A DNA stretch of 36,316 nt from Chloroflexi bacterium UBA6019. Lineage in GTDB: Bacteria; Chloroflexota; Dormibacteria; Dormibacterales; Dormibacteraceae. The notes beneath the pieces were generated by a model that was given only the letters and a program-made list of their open reading frames with translations, did no database searches and had not been told where the DNA came from. Numbering within the stretch: position 1 is the first letter of the stretch; the number at the start of each line of letters is the position of its first letter. The stretch is taken from the NCBI GenBank assembly GCA_002427995.1, contig DIZV01000096.1:1-36316 (forward strand), in the 5' to 3' direction. The position numbers and the translations under genes were made by a program. This document shows, in pieces, positions 1 to 9,075 of the stretch.

Positions 1-23
1 ACCAGGCTGGAAGCACGCCGCGA

Positions 24-350
24 TCAACCGCGCTCTGTGTAGCCGAGGTCGAAGGCCATTTTGAGGGCAGAGGCGTCGGCGTCCGGCGGGAGCTCCACCT
101 CGTTGCCGAGGCGGCGAAGGCCCTCGGCCAGGCGGGCGACGGGGTCCGCGTCCTCGTAGTGGAGCCACTGGTAGGCCTGCGGCTCCGACCAGTCGCGCCG
201 GCCGCGAGACTCCGACCAGCGGCGGTGGGCGTCGACCACCACCAGCTCCACGCGGCGCAGGAGCGACGGGTCGCCCTCGAGCAAGTGGTCGAAGGGCTGT
301 GCCGCCATCCAGTCGAGCAGTCGGAGCAGCCGCTCTCGCGGCTCGGCTAT
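24..350 (-). CDS. Hypothetical protein (~95-108 aa), downstream of the HPRT fusion
   Basis: The C-terminal part of ORF 24..1199 reads as natural protein (RERLLRLLDWMAAQPFDHLLEG...LKMAFDLGYTERG), while its upstream part is an off-frame shadow of hpt. Start uncertain: ATG at 308, or ATA at 350 overlapping the hpt TAG stop. Confidence 0.6.
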   Translation of the reverse strand: MAEPRERLLRLLDWMAAQPFDHLLEGDPSLLRRVELVVVDAHRRWSESRGRRDWSEPQAYQWLHYEDADPVARLAEGLRRLGNEVELPPDADASALKMAFDLGYTERG

Positions 351-1267
351 TTCGGCGCCGCCGGGTCCGGCGAAGCGGGCCGGGACCCCAGGCCCTGGTA
401 GACGCCCTGTTTGAGCACGCAGATGAAAGGCAGGTTGCGGTAGAGCTCTCGGAAATCGAGCCCGTAGCCGACCACGTAGTCGTTGGGCACCTGGAACCCG
501 GTGTACTTGAGCGGGCGCGCGGCGAGCCGGCGAGTCGGGCGGTCGAGAAGCGCGACGACCTCCAGCGAGGCGGGGTTGCGCTCGCGCAGCCGGTTCATGA
601 CGAATTCCAGCGTCAACCCGGTGTTGACGATGTCCTCGACGAGGAGCACGTGGCGGCCGTCGATCGGGATGTCTATATCGCGCACGATCGTCACCCGGTC
701 GTGGGGTTGAGCCCCGGCATAGCGCGCCAGGGCGAGGTAGTCGATCGCGACGGGGATCGTGATCTGCCGGGCGAGGTCGGCGAGGAAGAAGGTGATCCCC
801 TTGAGCATGCCGACGAGGATCACCGCCTCGCCGCGGTAGTCGCGTGAGATCTTCCGGCCGAGGGCCCGGACCCGGGTCTCGAGCTCGGTGGGCGAGATCA
901 GGATCTGCTGGATGTCCTGCTTTCGGAGGTGGTGCACGTCGAGCACCTCGAGCACGCCGTAGCCGGCCTGCACCAGCAGCTGCTGGTAGTCCTTCTGGTA
1001 GAGCAGCCGGACGTTCACGCCCGGGTAGAGCTCTTTGAGCAACCTGACCTTTCGGTTCTTGGGCGTGACGAGCGACTGCTTCATCGTTGTCAGCTCGACG
1101 TACATGTCGTACTCGGGGAGGTAGAAGTCGGGCGTGAACATCTCGCTGACCCGGCCGTCGTCCCAACCGATCGGGAAGGAGTTGGGTTCGTACACCCAAC
1201 GGATCCGGTAGTAGTCGAGGAATCGGGCGAACTCCTGCTCGGAGGGGTGTACGAAGCCGACCCGCAT
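347..1267 (-). CDS. hpt: Fusion of an N-terminal PD-(D/E)XK / T7 endonuclease I-like domain and a C-terminal hypoxanthine phosphoribosyltransferase-like domain
   Basis: C-terminal HPRT motifs GMLKG, VLLVEDIVNTGLTL and VVGYGLDFRELYRNLPFI. N-terminal SEQEFARFLDYY-WVYEP-FTPDFYLP-YVELT. Start is ATG 1267 or upstream TTG 1360. Confidence 0.85.
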   Translation of the reverse strand: MRVGFVHPSEQEFARFLDYYRIRWVYEPNSFPIGWDDGRVSEMFTPDFYLPEYDMYVELTTMKQSLVTPKNRKVRLLKELYPGVNVRLLYQKDYQQLLVQAGYGVLEVLDVHHLRKQDIQQILISPTELETRVRALGRKISRDYRGEAVILVGMLKGITFFLADLARQITIPVAIDYLALARYAGAQPHDRVTIVRDIDIPIDGRHVLLVEDIVNTGLTLEFVMNRLRERNPASLEVVALLDRPTRRLAARPLKYTGFQVPNDYVVGYGLDFRELYRNLPFICVLKQGVYQGLGSRPASPDPAAPK

Positions 1268-1391
1268 GTGTGGGGGGCCGGACCGGCGGAGCAGCCGCGA
1301 CCGCTGCTTGACGGGCCGGCGGAGGGCTGGAGGAACGTTGGCTGGTGCCAGGGAGACCAATGAAACTTCGTCCAGAATTCTACGCGGGCGA

Positions 1392-2033
1392 ATGGGCACC
1401 AACCCTCGTGGCCTGCGGATGATCGCTGAGCAGCTGCGGCCGCGCGGGATCGTCGACGAGAGGATCCTCGCTGCGATGGCCGAGCTGCCGCGGGAGGAGT
1501 TCGTCGCCCGCGAGCACCGCCGGCTCGCCTACGCCGACCATCCGATCGCAATCGGGCGCGGGCAGACGATCTCGCAGCCGCTGGTGGTGGCGGCGATGAC
1601 CCAGGCGGTGGCACCCGGCCCGGAGGACCTCGCCCTCGAGGTCGGGACTGGCAGCGGCTACCAGGCGGCGGTCCTGGCTCGCCTCTGCCGCCGGGTGGTT
1701 GGAGTCGAGCGGGACGCCGAGCTGGCCACTCGCGGGGCCGCCATCCTGGCCCGGCTGGGCATCGCCAACGCCGAGATCCACCACGCCGACGGGTCCCTCG
1801 GCTGGCCGTCTGCGGCGCCCTACGACGTGATCGTGGTGTCGGCGGCAGCCGTCCAGGTGCCGGCGTCGCTGGTCGATCAGCTCGCCGAGGGCGGCCGGAT
1901 GGTCATGCCCGTCGCCCACTCGCAGGATCGGCCGCAGGATCTGCTGCTGCTCCGCAAGCGGCAGGGCCGGCTGGAGACCATGACGCTGTTCCCAGTCCTC
2001 TTCGTGCCGCTCCTGGAAGGGACGGCAGACTGA
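1392..2033 (+). CDS. pcm: Protein-L-isoaspartate(D-aspartate) O-methyltransferase
   Basis: Motifs PREEFV, AYAD-PI-IG-GQTISQP, LEVGTGSGYQAAVL, DGSLGW-APYDVI, QLAEGGRMVMPV and FVPLL. Confidence 0.95.
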   Translation: MGTNPRGLRMIAEQLRPRGIVDERILAAMAELPREEFVAREHRRLAYADHPIAIGRGQTISQPLVVAAMTQAVAPGPEDLALEVGTGSGYQAAVLARLCRRVVGVERDAELATRGAAILARLGIANAEIHHADGSLGWPSAAPYDVIVVSAAAVQVPASLVDQLAEGGRMVMPVAHSQDRPQDLLLLRKRQGRLETMTLFPVLFVPLLEGTAD

Positions 2034-2189
2034 TCGATCGCCGCGCAGCACCAGGACGGACGCGGGTCTTCAGCGGTGGTGCCGCGAGAGGAGGCGCGGG
2101 CCGGGCCGCGGTCGGTTTCTAGGCGGCCTGGCGTGCCACTCCCGCGGGGGACGTCGAAGCGCGGGAGACGGCTGTGATTGCGAGAAAGG

Positions 2190-4997
2190 TCACCGCGTCG
2201 GCGAGGGCGAAGGGGAAGGCTTCGGCGAGGCTGGAGCGGCTGCGCTCGAGCAGCCGGCCGCCTGCAGCTGCTGGAGGAGGCTGCCCACCTGCTGGATCTC
2301 GGCCGCATAGCCGGCGAGGTCCTGCGCCTTGAGCTTGTCCTGGGCGGCCAGGTAATGCTGGTTGGCCTGGGCGATCAGCTGGCCGCAGGTCTGGCTGCCG
2401 GGCGTCGTGCCACCGGGTGTCGGGCTGCCGCTCGGCGTTGGACCCGGGGAGATGGGCGCGGCGCCGACAAGCTGGGCCAGTGCGCCTTCCAGGGTGTCGT
2501 CCCAGACCACGTTCTGGGTGTCGGCGAGGATCACCTTCTTGAACTCGGGCAGAGAGGAGGTGCTGGTGGCCCGCAGGTAGACCGGCTCGAAGTAGAGGAA
2601 GGTACCGCCCACCGGCACCACCAGGAGGTTGCCCTGTTGCACCTGCGATCCGCTCTGGTTCCAGAGTGTGAACTGTGAGGAGATGGCGGAGTTCTCCTGG
2701 ATCCGGTTGCCGATCTGGGAGGGGCCGAAGATGACGGTGTCCTTGGGTAACTGGTAGAGGACCAGCCGGCCGTAGTTGGGCGAGTCGTTGCGCGCGGCGA
2801 GCCAGCTGATCATGTTCGGCCGGTTGTTCGGCGTGAAGGGCAGGATCAGCAGGTACTCCGCCTTCTGCTCACCGGGCAGCCGCATCAGCACGTAGTAGGG
2901 CTCCAACGCCTGGGTCGAGCCGGGGCCATTGGACTCCTCGGGGACGGCCCAGACGTCCTCCCGGTTGTAGAAGACCTGGGGGTCGGTCATGTGATAGGTG
3001 CGGTAGACCGAGACCTGGACGTTGAACATGTCGACCGGGTACCGAACGTGCTCACGCACCGCCGCGGGCATGGCCTCGATCGGCTTGAAGAGGGTCGGGA
3101 AGCTCTTGGCGTAAGCCCTGATGATGGGGTCGGTCGGGTCCGCGATGTAGAAGTCGGCCGTCCCGTCGTAGGCGTTGATGACGACCTTGACCGAGTTCCG
3201 GATGTAGTTGACACCGGCGGCTGAGTCCTGCTGGCTGTAGGGGTAGGTGTCGGCGGTCGTGTAGGCGTCGATGACCCAATACAGCTTGCCCTCGGCGACC
3301 ACGATGTAGGGATCACTGTCGTAGTTGAGGAAGGGCGCGATGTCCTTCACCCGGTCGACGATGTTGCGCCGGTAGAGGATCTGCGTCCGGGCGTTGACCT
3401 GGCTCGTGATCAGCAGGTTCAGGTCACCCATGTAGGCCGCGTAGAGCAGCCGGTTGGGACCGGCCAGCGGGACACCATGGGTGCCCGTGTAGTTGGTGTA
3501 AACGTCACCACTGCCGGACGGGTAGTCGAACTCCTTCTGGTCTGATGGGACGAGGACGTAGTTGTTGGTCAGCTCGCCGAAGTAGATCGAGGGCTTGGTC
3601 ACCGCGAGGGCCCCGGTGGGCGGGATGTCCTGGGCGACGAACGCCGGCAGCCCCTCGCCGACGACGCTGCGGACCGGGCTTGCCACAACGCCGTAGCCGT
3701 GGGTGTAGGTGAGGTTCTCGTTGACGAACCCGCGGCCCTGGGCCGGCAGCTTGGTGGTGTCCAGCTCCCGAGCGCTGAGCTCCAGCTGCTCATAGCGCCC
3801 GTTGATCGTGTAGCGGTCGAGGTCGATCTCGTTGAGCGTGTAGTAGGTGCGGATGGCCTGCAGCTGCGGATAGGTCTCCTGGAGCTGGCGGTAGTCCCAG
3901 AGGCGGAGGTTGTCGATCGTGGTCTGGTCGTCCTGGATGTCCTTCTGGGTGAGGCTGGCCGCGCCCGAGTACTGGCTCACCGTGACCTTGTCGAGGCCGA
4001 ACGCCTGCCGGGTGTAGGTGAGCTCGCGGGAGATGTATTGGGACTCGCGGGTGAACTGCTGCGGCGAGACCACGAGTCGTTCGATCGCCTGCGCGTAGAT
4101 CGCGCTCAGGATGCCGAAGACGATCCAGACCGCCAGGACCACGACCGGCAGCCAGAGCCGCCGGAGGAACGCGTTGGCGAGCAGAGCGAGCGCCAGCAGA
4201 AGGCCAAGCCCGGTCGAGATGTAGGCGATCGGAATGCGCGCGTTGATGTCGGTGTAGCCGGCGCCCCAGACGTAGCCGTTGTGCTGGGAGAGGAGGTCGT
4301 AGCGGCCAAGGTAGGCTCCCGCCGCCACGGTGAGCGCCACCACCGCGAAGAGGACCGAGACGTGGGCGATGCCGCGGGTCGGCAGCCGCAGCTCGAAGTC
4401 GGTGTCCCGCCAGGCATAGAGGGCCGCGATCAGCAGAACTGTCAGGAAGCTCAGGCCCAGCGCCCAACCCTGGACCGACTCCAGGAAGGGGAGAGTGAAG
4501 AGGTAGAAGGAGATGTCCAGGCCGAAGACGGGCTCGGTCCTGCCGGTGGCCGAGCCGTTGAGGAAGAGGATCAGCTGCTGCCAGCCGCCCGCCGCGCCGG
4601 CGGAGACGATGAGGGCGATGACGAGGGCGGCGACGAGGCCGATGAGCCCGGCGACGCTGCGTACGAAGCGACGGCGGATGCCGATCGTGCGCAGCGCCGA
4701 GCTGGCGCGGAAGCGGAGCGCGATGAGCACGTTTACCGCCCCGTAGACGAAGGCGATCAGCAGGCTGCCGAAGAAGAGCAGCAGCTGGAAGCCGATCCGG
4801 GTCGTGTAGACGTGCTGGAGGCCGAGGGCCTTGAACCAGAGAACCTCGGTCGCGATCCCGATCAAGGGCCCGCCGATCGCCAGCAGGACGACCACCACGC
4901 CGACCAGCCCGAGGACGAAAAACGTACCCCGCGGAGGCTTCGGAAGCCGTAGGGGCGTGATGTCGGCGTCGCCGCCGAAGGGCGGGTAGCGCCTCAT
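2190..4997 (-). CDS. UPF0182 family membrane protein
   Basis: N-terminal TM segments, EPVFGLDISFYLFTLP, GAGYTDINA, DNLRLWD, DLDRY, YTHGYG, NYIRNSVK, YHMTDPQVFYNREDVW and GNLLVVP-EPVYL. ATG at 4997 overlaps the upstream stop (ATGA). Confidence 0.93.
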   Translation of the reverse strand: MRRYPPFGGDADITPLRLPKPPRGTFFVLGLVGVVVVLLAIGGPLIGIATEVLWFKALGLQHVYTTRIGFQLLLFFGSLLIAFVYGAVNVLIALRFRASSALRTIGIRRRFVRSVAGLIGLVAALVIALIVSAGAAGGWQQLILFLNGSATGRTEPVFGLDISFYLFTLPFLESVQGWALGLSFLTVLLIAALYAWRDTDFELRLPTRGIAHVSVLFAVVALTVAAGAYLGRYDLLSQHNGYVWGAGYTDINARIPIAYISTGLGLLLALALLANAFLRRLWLPVVVLAVWIVFGILSAIYAQAIERLVVSPQQFTRESQYISRELTYTRQAFGLDKVTVSQYSGAASLTQKDIQDDQTTIDNLRLWDYRQLQETYPQLQAIRTYYTLNEIDLDRYTINGRYEQLELSARELDTTKLPAQGRGFVNENLTYTHGYGVVASPVRSVVGEGLPAFVAQDIPPTGALAVTKPSIYFGELTNNYVLVPSDQKEFDYPSGSGDVYTNYTGTHGVPLAGPNRLLYAAYMGDLNLLITSQVNARTQILYRRNIVDRVKDIAPFLNYDSDPYIVVAEGKLYWVIDAYTTADTYPYSQQDSAAGVNYIRNSVKVVINAYDGTADFYIADPTDPIIRAYAKSFPTLFKPIEAMPAAVREHVRYPVDMFNVQVSVYRTYHMTDPQVFYNREDVWAVPEESNGPGSTQALEPYYVLMRLPGEQKAEYLLILPFTPNNRPNMISWLAARNDSPNYGRLVLYQLPKDTVIFGPSQIGNRIQENSAISSQFTLWNQSGSQVQQGNLLVVPVGGTFLYFEPVYLRATSTSSLPEFKKVILADTQNVVWDDTLEGALAQLVGAAPISPGPTPSGSPTPGGTTPGSQTCGQLIAQANQHYLAAQDKLKAQDLAGYAAEIQQVGSLLQQLQAAGCSSAAAPASPKPSPSPSPTR

Positions 4998-6142
4998 CGC
5001 CGGTTCAGGGTCAGGATCACGGCAAGCGAAGCCACCTCGAGCACCATAGCCCCCGCGATCGCGGGACGGTAGCTTCCAGTTGCGTCGACGACCAGGCCGG
5101 CGAGTGGTGGCCCCAGCAGAGCCCCGAGCCCGGCGCCGGTGTAGAGCGCGCCCACCGTGCCTCCGAGGCCCTCGGTCCCGAAGAGCTCGGCCAGGACCGA
5201 CGGCGAGATCGCCACCCAACCCCCGTAGGCGGAGCCCATGATGGCCGCGAACACGACCAGGCCGAAGTAGTCCGGTTCGGAAAGCCAGATCAGGTAGGAG
5301 GCCGCCATCGCGAAGACCGCGAGCTGGAAGGTCCGGAGGCGACCGAAGCGGTCTGCGACCGGGCCCAGGCCGAGCCGGCCGAGGGTGCTGAAGACGCCGA
5401 CCACGCCGAGCAGGGCGGCCGCCGCGTAGCGGCCGGCGCCCCTCGACTCCGCGTAGGGCACGAGGTGGACGAAGAAGGTGAAGAGGCCAAAGCCCTGCAG
5501 CAGCACCGAGGCGTAGAGGATCCCGAACTCGCGGCTGCGAATCGCGCGGCCGACGCTGAACCGCACTGGCCCCGAGCGAACCGGGCGGTCGGCGAGCAGA
5601 GCGCAGCCCCCGAGCACGACGAAGCTGATGATCCCGAAGATGACGTAGGTCGCGCGCCAGCCGTGGGCGGCGATCAGCGCCGTCGCCGCGGGCGCCCCCG
5701 CCAGGGTCCCGACCCCGATCCCGGAGACGGCCACCCCGATCGCGAGACCCTGGCGGCGGTCGAACCAGGATCCCACCGCGGCCACCATCGGCACGTAGCC
5801 GCAGGCGACGCCGACACCGACCCCGAGGCCATAGGTCAGGTAGCCGAGCCAGAGCTGGTGGACGAAAGCCGTCAGCACCAGGCCGGCGCCCATGGTCACC
5901 GCGCCGACCAAGAGGACGCGCTTGGTCCCGTACCGATCCCCGGCCCAGCCGCTGACGGCGCCGAGCGAGAACCAGAGGAAGGCGGTGACGGAGAAGAAGA
6001 CCGAGGTCGCGCCCGAGCCGGCATGGAACTCGGCGGCCATCGGAGCGAAGAAGGCCCCGAAGGAGTAGGCCACCCCGAAGACGAGGGCCATCGCGAAGAA
6101 GGCCGCTCCGACGACGACCCAGCCGTGCCGGGACTCGACCAG
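4994..6142 (-). CDS. MFS transporter (monocarboxylate/OFA-like)
   Basis: About 12 hydrophobic segments, with GWAGDRYG, WFDRRQGLAIG and GPVADRFGR. The TM1 motif GWVVVGAAF lies upstream of the first ATG (6091), so the start is probably CTG near 6142. Confidence 0.88.
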   Translation of the reverse strand: MVESRHGWVVVGAAFFAMALVFGVAYSFGAFFAPMAAEFHAGSGATSVFFSVTAFLWFSLGAVSGWAGDRYGTKRVLLVGAVTMGAGLVLTAFVHQLWLGYLTYGLGVGVGVACGYVPMVAAVGSWFDRRQGLAIGVAVSGIGVGTLAGAPAATALIAAHGWRATYVIFGIISFVVLGGCALLADRPVRSGPVRFSVGRAIRSREFGILYASVLLQGFGLFTFFVHLVPYAESRGAGRYAAAALLGVVGVFSTLGRLGLGPVADRFGRLRTFQLAVFAMAASYLIWLSEPDYFGLVVFAAIMGSAYGGWVAISPSVLAELFGTEGLGGTVGALYTGAGLGALLGPPLAGLVVDATGSYRPAIAGAMVLEVASLAVILTLNRR

Positions 6143-6167
6143 CCGGCCGCCTACGCTGTGCGGGACG

Positions 6168-7694
6168 CTAGATGCGACGCGTCATGCCTTCCCAGTAGCG
6201 CTCGCGGAGGCGGCGTTTCTGGGTCTTGCCGGCGACGTCGCGCGGGAAGTCGTCGATGAAGTCGACCGACTTCGGCGATTTGTAGCCCGCGATCCGCACT
6301 CGGCAGAACTCGATCAGCTCCCCCTCGCTCGCGCTCGCACCGGGTTTGAGCTTGACGACCGCCTTCACCTCCTCGCCGAACTCTTCGCTGGGTACGCCGA
6401 TGATCGCCGCGTCCTCGACCGCGGGGTGCTCGAAGAGGACCGCCTCGACCTCGGCGGGGTAGATGTTGACCCCGCCGCTGATCACCATGTCGATCTTGCG
6501 ATCGCAGATGTAGTAGTAGCCCTCCAGGTCCCGGTAGGCGATGTCGCCGACGCTGAAGAACCCGTCGTGGTTGCTCTCGGCGGTTGCGTCGGGCCGGTTG
6601 AAGTACTCGGCGAGCGTGTTGTTGCGGACCAGGAACTCGCCCGGCGTCCCGATCGGGACCTCGACGCCCTCCGGGTCCACCAGCCGGATCTCCTGACCCG
6701 ACAGCGCGGTGCCCGCCGAGCCCGGCTTGCGGAGCTGGTCCTCCGGCCGAAGGATCGTGTTGATCCCGGTCTCGGTCGCGCCGTAGAACTCCCAGAGGAT
6801 GGGACCGAAGTAGGCGATGCACCTTTCCTTGAGGCTGATCGGGCAGGGCGCCGCGCCCGTGATCAGCTGCCGCAGGCTGGAATGGTCGATCCGTGCCCGG
6901 CTGGCGTCCGGCTGATTCAGCATCCGTGAGATCAGAGTCGGAGCCATGAAGGTTGTCGTCACCCGGTGGCGGGCGATCAGCGCCAGCGCCTCGGCGGCGT
7001 CGAACCGCTTCTCGATCACCACCGTGGCGCCGAGCAGCTGGCTCAGCGCGGAGAAAAAGCCGACCGCGCTGTGATATCCGGGCCCGGCCATCAGGTGGAC
7101 ATCGTCTGGCCTCAGCTCGAAGACCCGGATCGTCTCCAGGATGTTCTCCAGGTTGATCCCGTCGGGGCGGTAGGCCCCCTTCGGCCTGCCCGTGGTGCCG
7201 GACGTGTAGATCATGCTGGCGCCGATCGGCGACGCGCCGTCGGCTGCCTCGGCCGCGCTACCGTCGGCGAGCAGCTCCTCGTAGGAGAGCCAGCCGGGCG
7301 GCGGGGCTTCGGGGCCGGTGACGAGGAAGTGAAGCTTTCCTTCGACCAAGGGACGGGCCTCCTCGACCACCGGTAGGAACTCGGGGCTTGCGGTGATCGC
7401 CCGCGCGCCCGAGTCGTTGACGATGAAGGCGATCTCGGTCGGCTTCAGGTGGTAATTGATCGGCACCCCGACCGCCCCGATCCGGCGGGCGCCGTGGGCG
7501 GACTCGGTGCCCTCGACCGAGTTGTGGGAGATGCCGGTGACACGGTCGCCGGGGCCGACGCCGAGCCGGCGCATCGCCGCCGCGTTGCGGTTCGCCCGCT
7601 CATGGAGCTGCGTGAAGTTGATGACGCGGTCTTCATAGAGGAGGGCCGGCTTGTCGCCCTGCGCCGCTGCGTGGGCGGCCAGGGGATCGGTCAT
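6168..7694 (-). CDS. AMP-dependent acyl-CoA synthetase (long-chain fatty-acid-CoA ligase family)
   Basis: Motifs MIYTSGTTGRPKG, EFYGATE, GDIAY-D, DRKIDMVISGGVNIYPAEVE and PRDVAGK. Confidence 0.93.
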   Translation of the reverse strand: MTDPLAAHAAAQGDKPALLYEDRVINFTQLHERANRNAAAMRRLGVGPGDRVTGISHNSVEGTESAHGARRIGAVGVPINYHLKPTEIAFIVNDSGARAITASPEFLPVVEEARPLVEGKLHFLVTGPEAPPPGWLSYEELLADGSAAEAADGASPIGASMIYTSGTTGRPKGAYRPDGINLENILETIRVFELRPDDVHLMAGPGYHSAVGFFSALSQLLGATVVIEKRFDAAEALALIARHRVTTTFMAPTLISRMLNQPDASRARIDHSSLRQLITGAAPCPISLKERCIAYFGPILWEFYGATETGINTILRPEDQLRKPGSAGTALSGQEIRLVDPEGVEVPIGTPGEFLVRNNTLAEYFNRPDATAESNHDGFFSVGDIAYRDLEGYYYICDRKIDMVISGGVNIYPAEVEAVLFEHPAVEDAAIIGVPSEEFGEEVKAVVKLKPGASASEGELIEFCRVRIAGYKSPKSVDFIDDFPRDVAGKTQKRRLRERYWEGMTRRI

Positions 7695-7712
7695 TGCAGG
7701 TCGCGGGAGAAC

Positions 7713-8618
7713 TTAGGCTCGCGGCCCGCCCGGTTGGGCGACCACGGACCCGATTATCACCGGTAGGCCGAGGATGATCCCGACGCAGCTGAGGCAGAAC
7801 GCGGCGCCCGCGACGATCGACATCACCCGGGACCAGCCGGACCGGCGGATGATCCCGATGATCGCGACCAGCGAGCACGCGAACATCAGGAGGCCGACGC
7901 CGCCGAAGATGAACGATCCGATCACCAGGTTCTGGTCGTTCCCGCGCTGGGTGAGGATCGCCGCGTAGACGATCGTCACCAGGAGGCTCAGGCCACAGCC
8001 GATCCCGAGCACGGCGGCCACCCAGACGGGCACCAGGACCGGGCCCGAAGCGACCGGCGCGTACGGCTGGCCGGAGCCGTAGGGTGCGCTCGCGTAGGGC
8101 TGGGGCAACTGGCCAGGCGCTGGGTAGGGCGGAGCCGACTGGGGCGGCGGGGGCGGAGGAGGAGGCGCGGGCGGAGCGTAGGTGGGCGGCGCCGGCGGGG
8201 CGGTGGGCGGAGCCTGCGCCAACGGAGGCGGGGAGCTCGGGAGCTGCTCGCCGGCGGTGCTCCGGCGAGCAGCCTCGGCCGCGGCGGCCGCGTCGCCGCC
8301 TCCCCCCATCGTCGCCAGTGCCGCGCTGGCTGCGGTGTGGAGCGGCTCGCCGGTCAGGCCGAGGGTGGTCCGGGCCCAGTCGTACCACTCCGCGTAGCTG
8401 CGCACGCCGGGCTCCGCCCGCGTCGTCCAGCCCGGACCGGAGCGGTTCTGGGCGGCATTTCGAGCGGCGGCGGCGGGATCTCCGCCTCCGTCCTTCGCCT
8501 CCGTGGCGGCCTCGGCGCAGGCGTGGCGGATCTCGCTTGTGGCGGTGAGGTTCCGCGCCGCCCAGACGTACCAGTCGGCGTAGGTCCGGCGGCGCTCTTG
8601 CGGCGGAGGGCTAGCCAC
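7713..8618 (-). CDS. Hypothetical membrane protein: two ~62-aa helical repeats, Pro-rich linker, C-terminal TM helices
   Basis: Repeats YADWYVWA... and YAEWYDWA..., a PPPPPPQ linker and 3-4 hydrophobic helices. GTG at 8618 overlaps the end of the VOC gene. Confidence 0.75.
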   Translation of the reverse strand: MASPPPQERRRTYADWYVWAARNLTATSEIRHACAEAATEAKDGGGDPAAAARNAAQNRSGPGWTTRAEPGVRSYAEWYDWARTTLGLTGEPLHTAASAALATMGGGGDAAAAAEAARRSTAGEQLPSSPPPLAQAPPTAPPAPPTYAPPAPPPPPPPPQSAPPYPAPGQLPQPYASAPYGSGQPYAPVASGPVLVPVWVAAVLGIGCGLSLLVTIVYAAILTQRGNDQNLVIGSFIFGGVGLLMFACSLVAIIGIIRRSGWSRVMSIVAGAAFCLSCVGIILGLPVIIGSVVAQPGGPRA

Positions 8619-9066
8619 GGTCTCCGGACGATAGCAGCCGCCCGGCGACCCAGACGTATCCGTCGGGGTCCTCCAGGTAGCACTCGCGCCAGCCGTGGCC
8701 CGGGAAATCGGCCGCTGGCAGCAGGATCGTGGTCCCTCTCGCTCGCGCCCGCGCCTCAACCTCGTCGGGGTCGGGTCCGAGCAGGCGAACCTCGGCTCCG
8801 AGCCCGCGTCTTTCGCCCGCGACAAGGCGGGAATGCCAGGGCATGTGCTCCCAGGTGTGGTCGGCATGGAGCTGGACCTTGAAGGCAGCGAGCTCGAGCG
8901 CCGCGAAGTCGGCGTCGCTGTAGTGGGCCGTGAAGCCGAGCACCTCGGTGTAGAAGGGGAGACTGCGGGCGATGTCGCGGACGATGAAGTTCAGCGACGC
9001 GCCGGCCAGGGTGGCGCCGTACTCGGGCGGCGATTGCCACGGTTCGCCCGTCCGCCCCCTCGTCAC
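8611..9066 (-). CDS. VOC / glyoxalase-bleomycin resistance family protein
   Basis: Motifs LNFIVRDIARSLPFYTEVLGF and HGWRECYLEDPDGYVW. Confidence 0.9.
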   Translation of the reverse strand: MTRGRTGEPWQSPPEYGATLAGASLNFIVRDIARSLPFYTEVLGFTAHYSDADFAALELAAFKVQLHADHTWEHMPWHSRLVAGERRGLGAEVRLLGPDPDEVEARARARGTTILLPAADFPGHGWRECYLEDPDGYVWVAGRLLSSGDRG

Positions 9067-9075
9067 CAGCGCCGC

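Noticed and set aside
1..27. Possible gene start (TTG at 27, minus strand, MIAACFQPG...)
   Set aside because: Only 9 codons are visible, which is too little to call.
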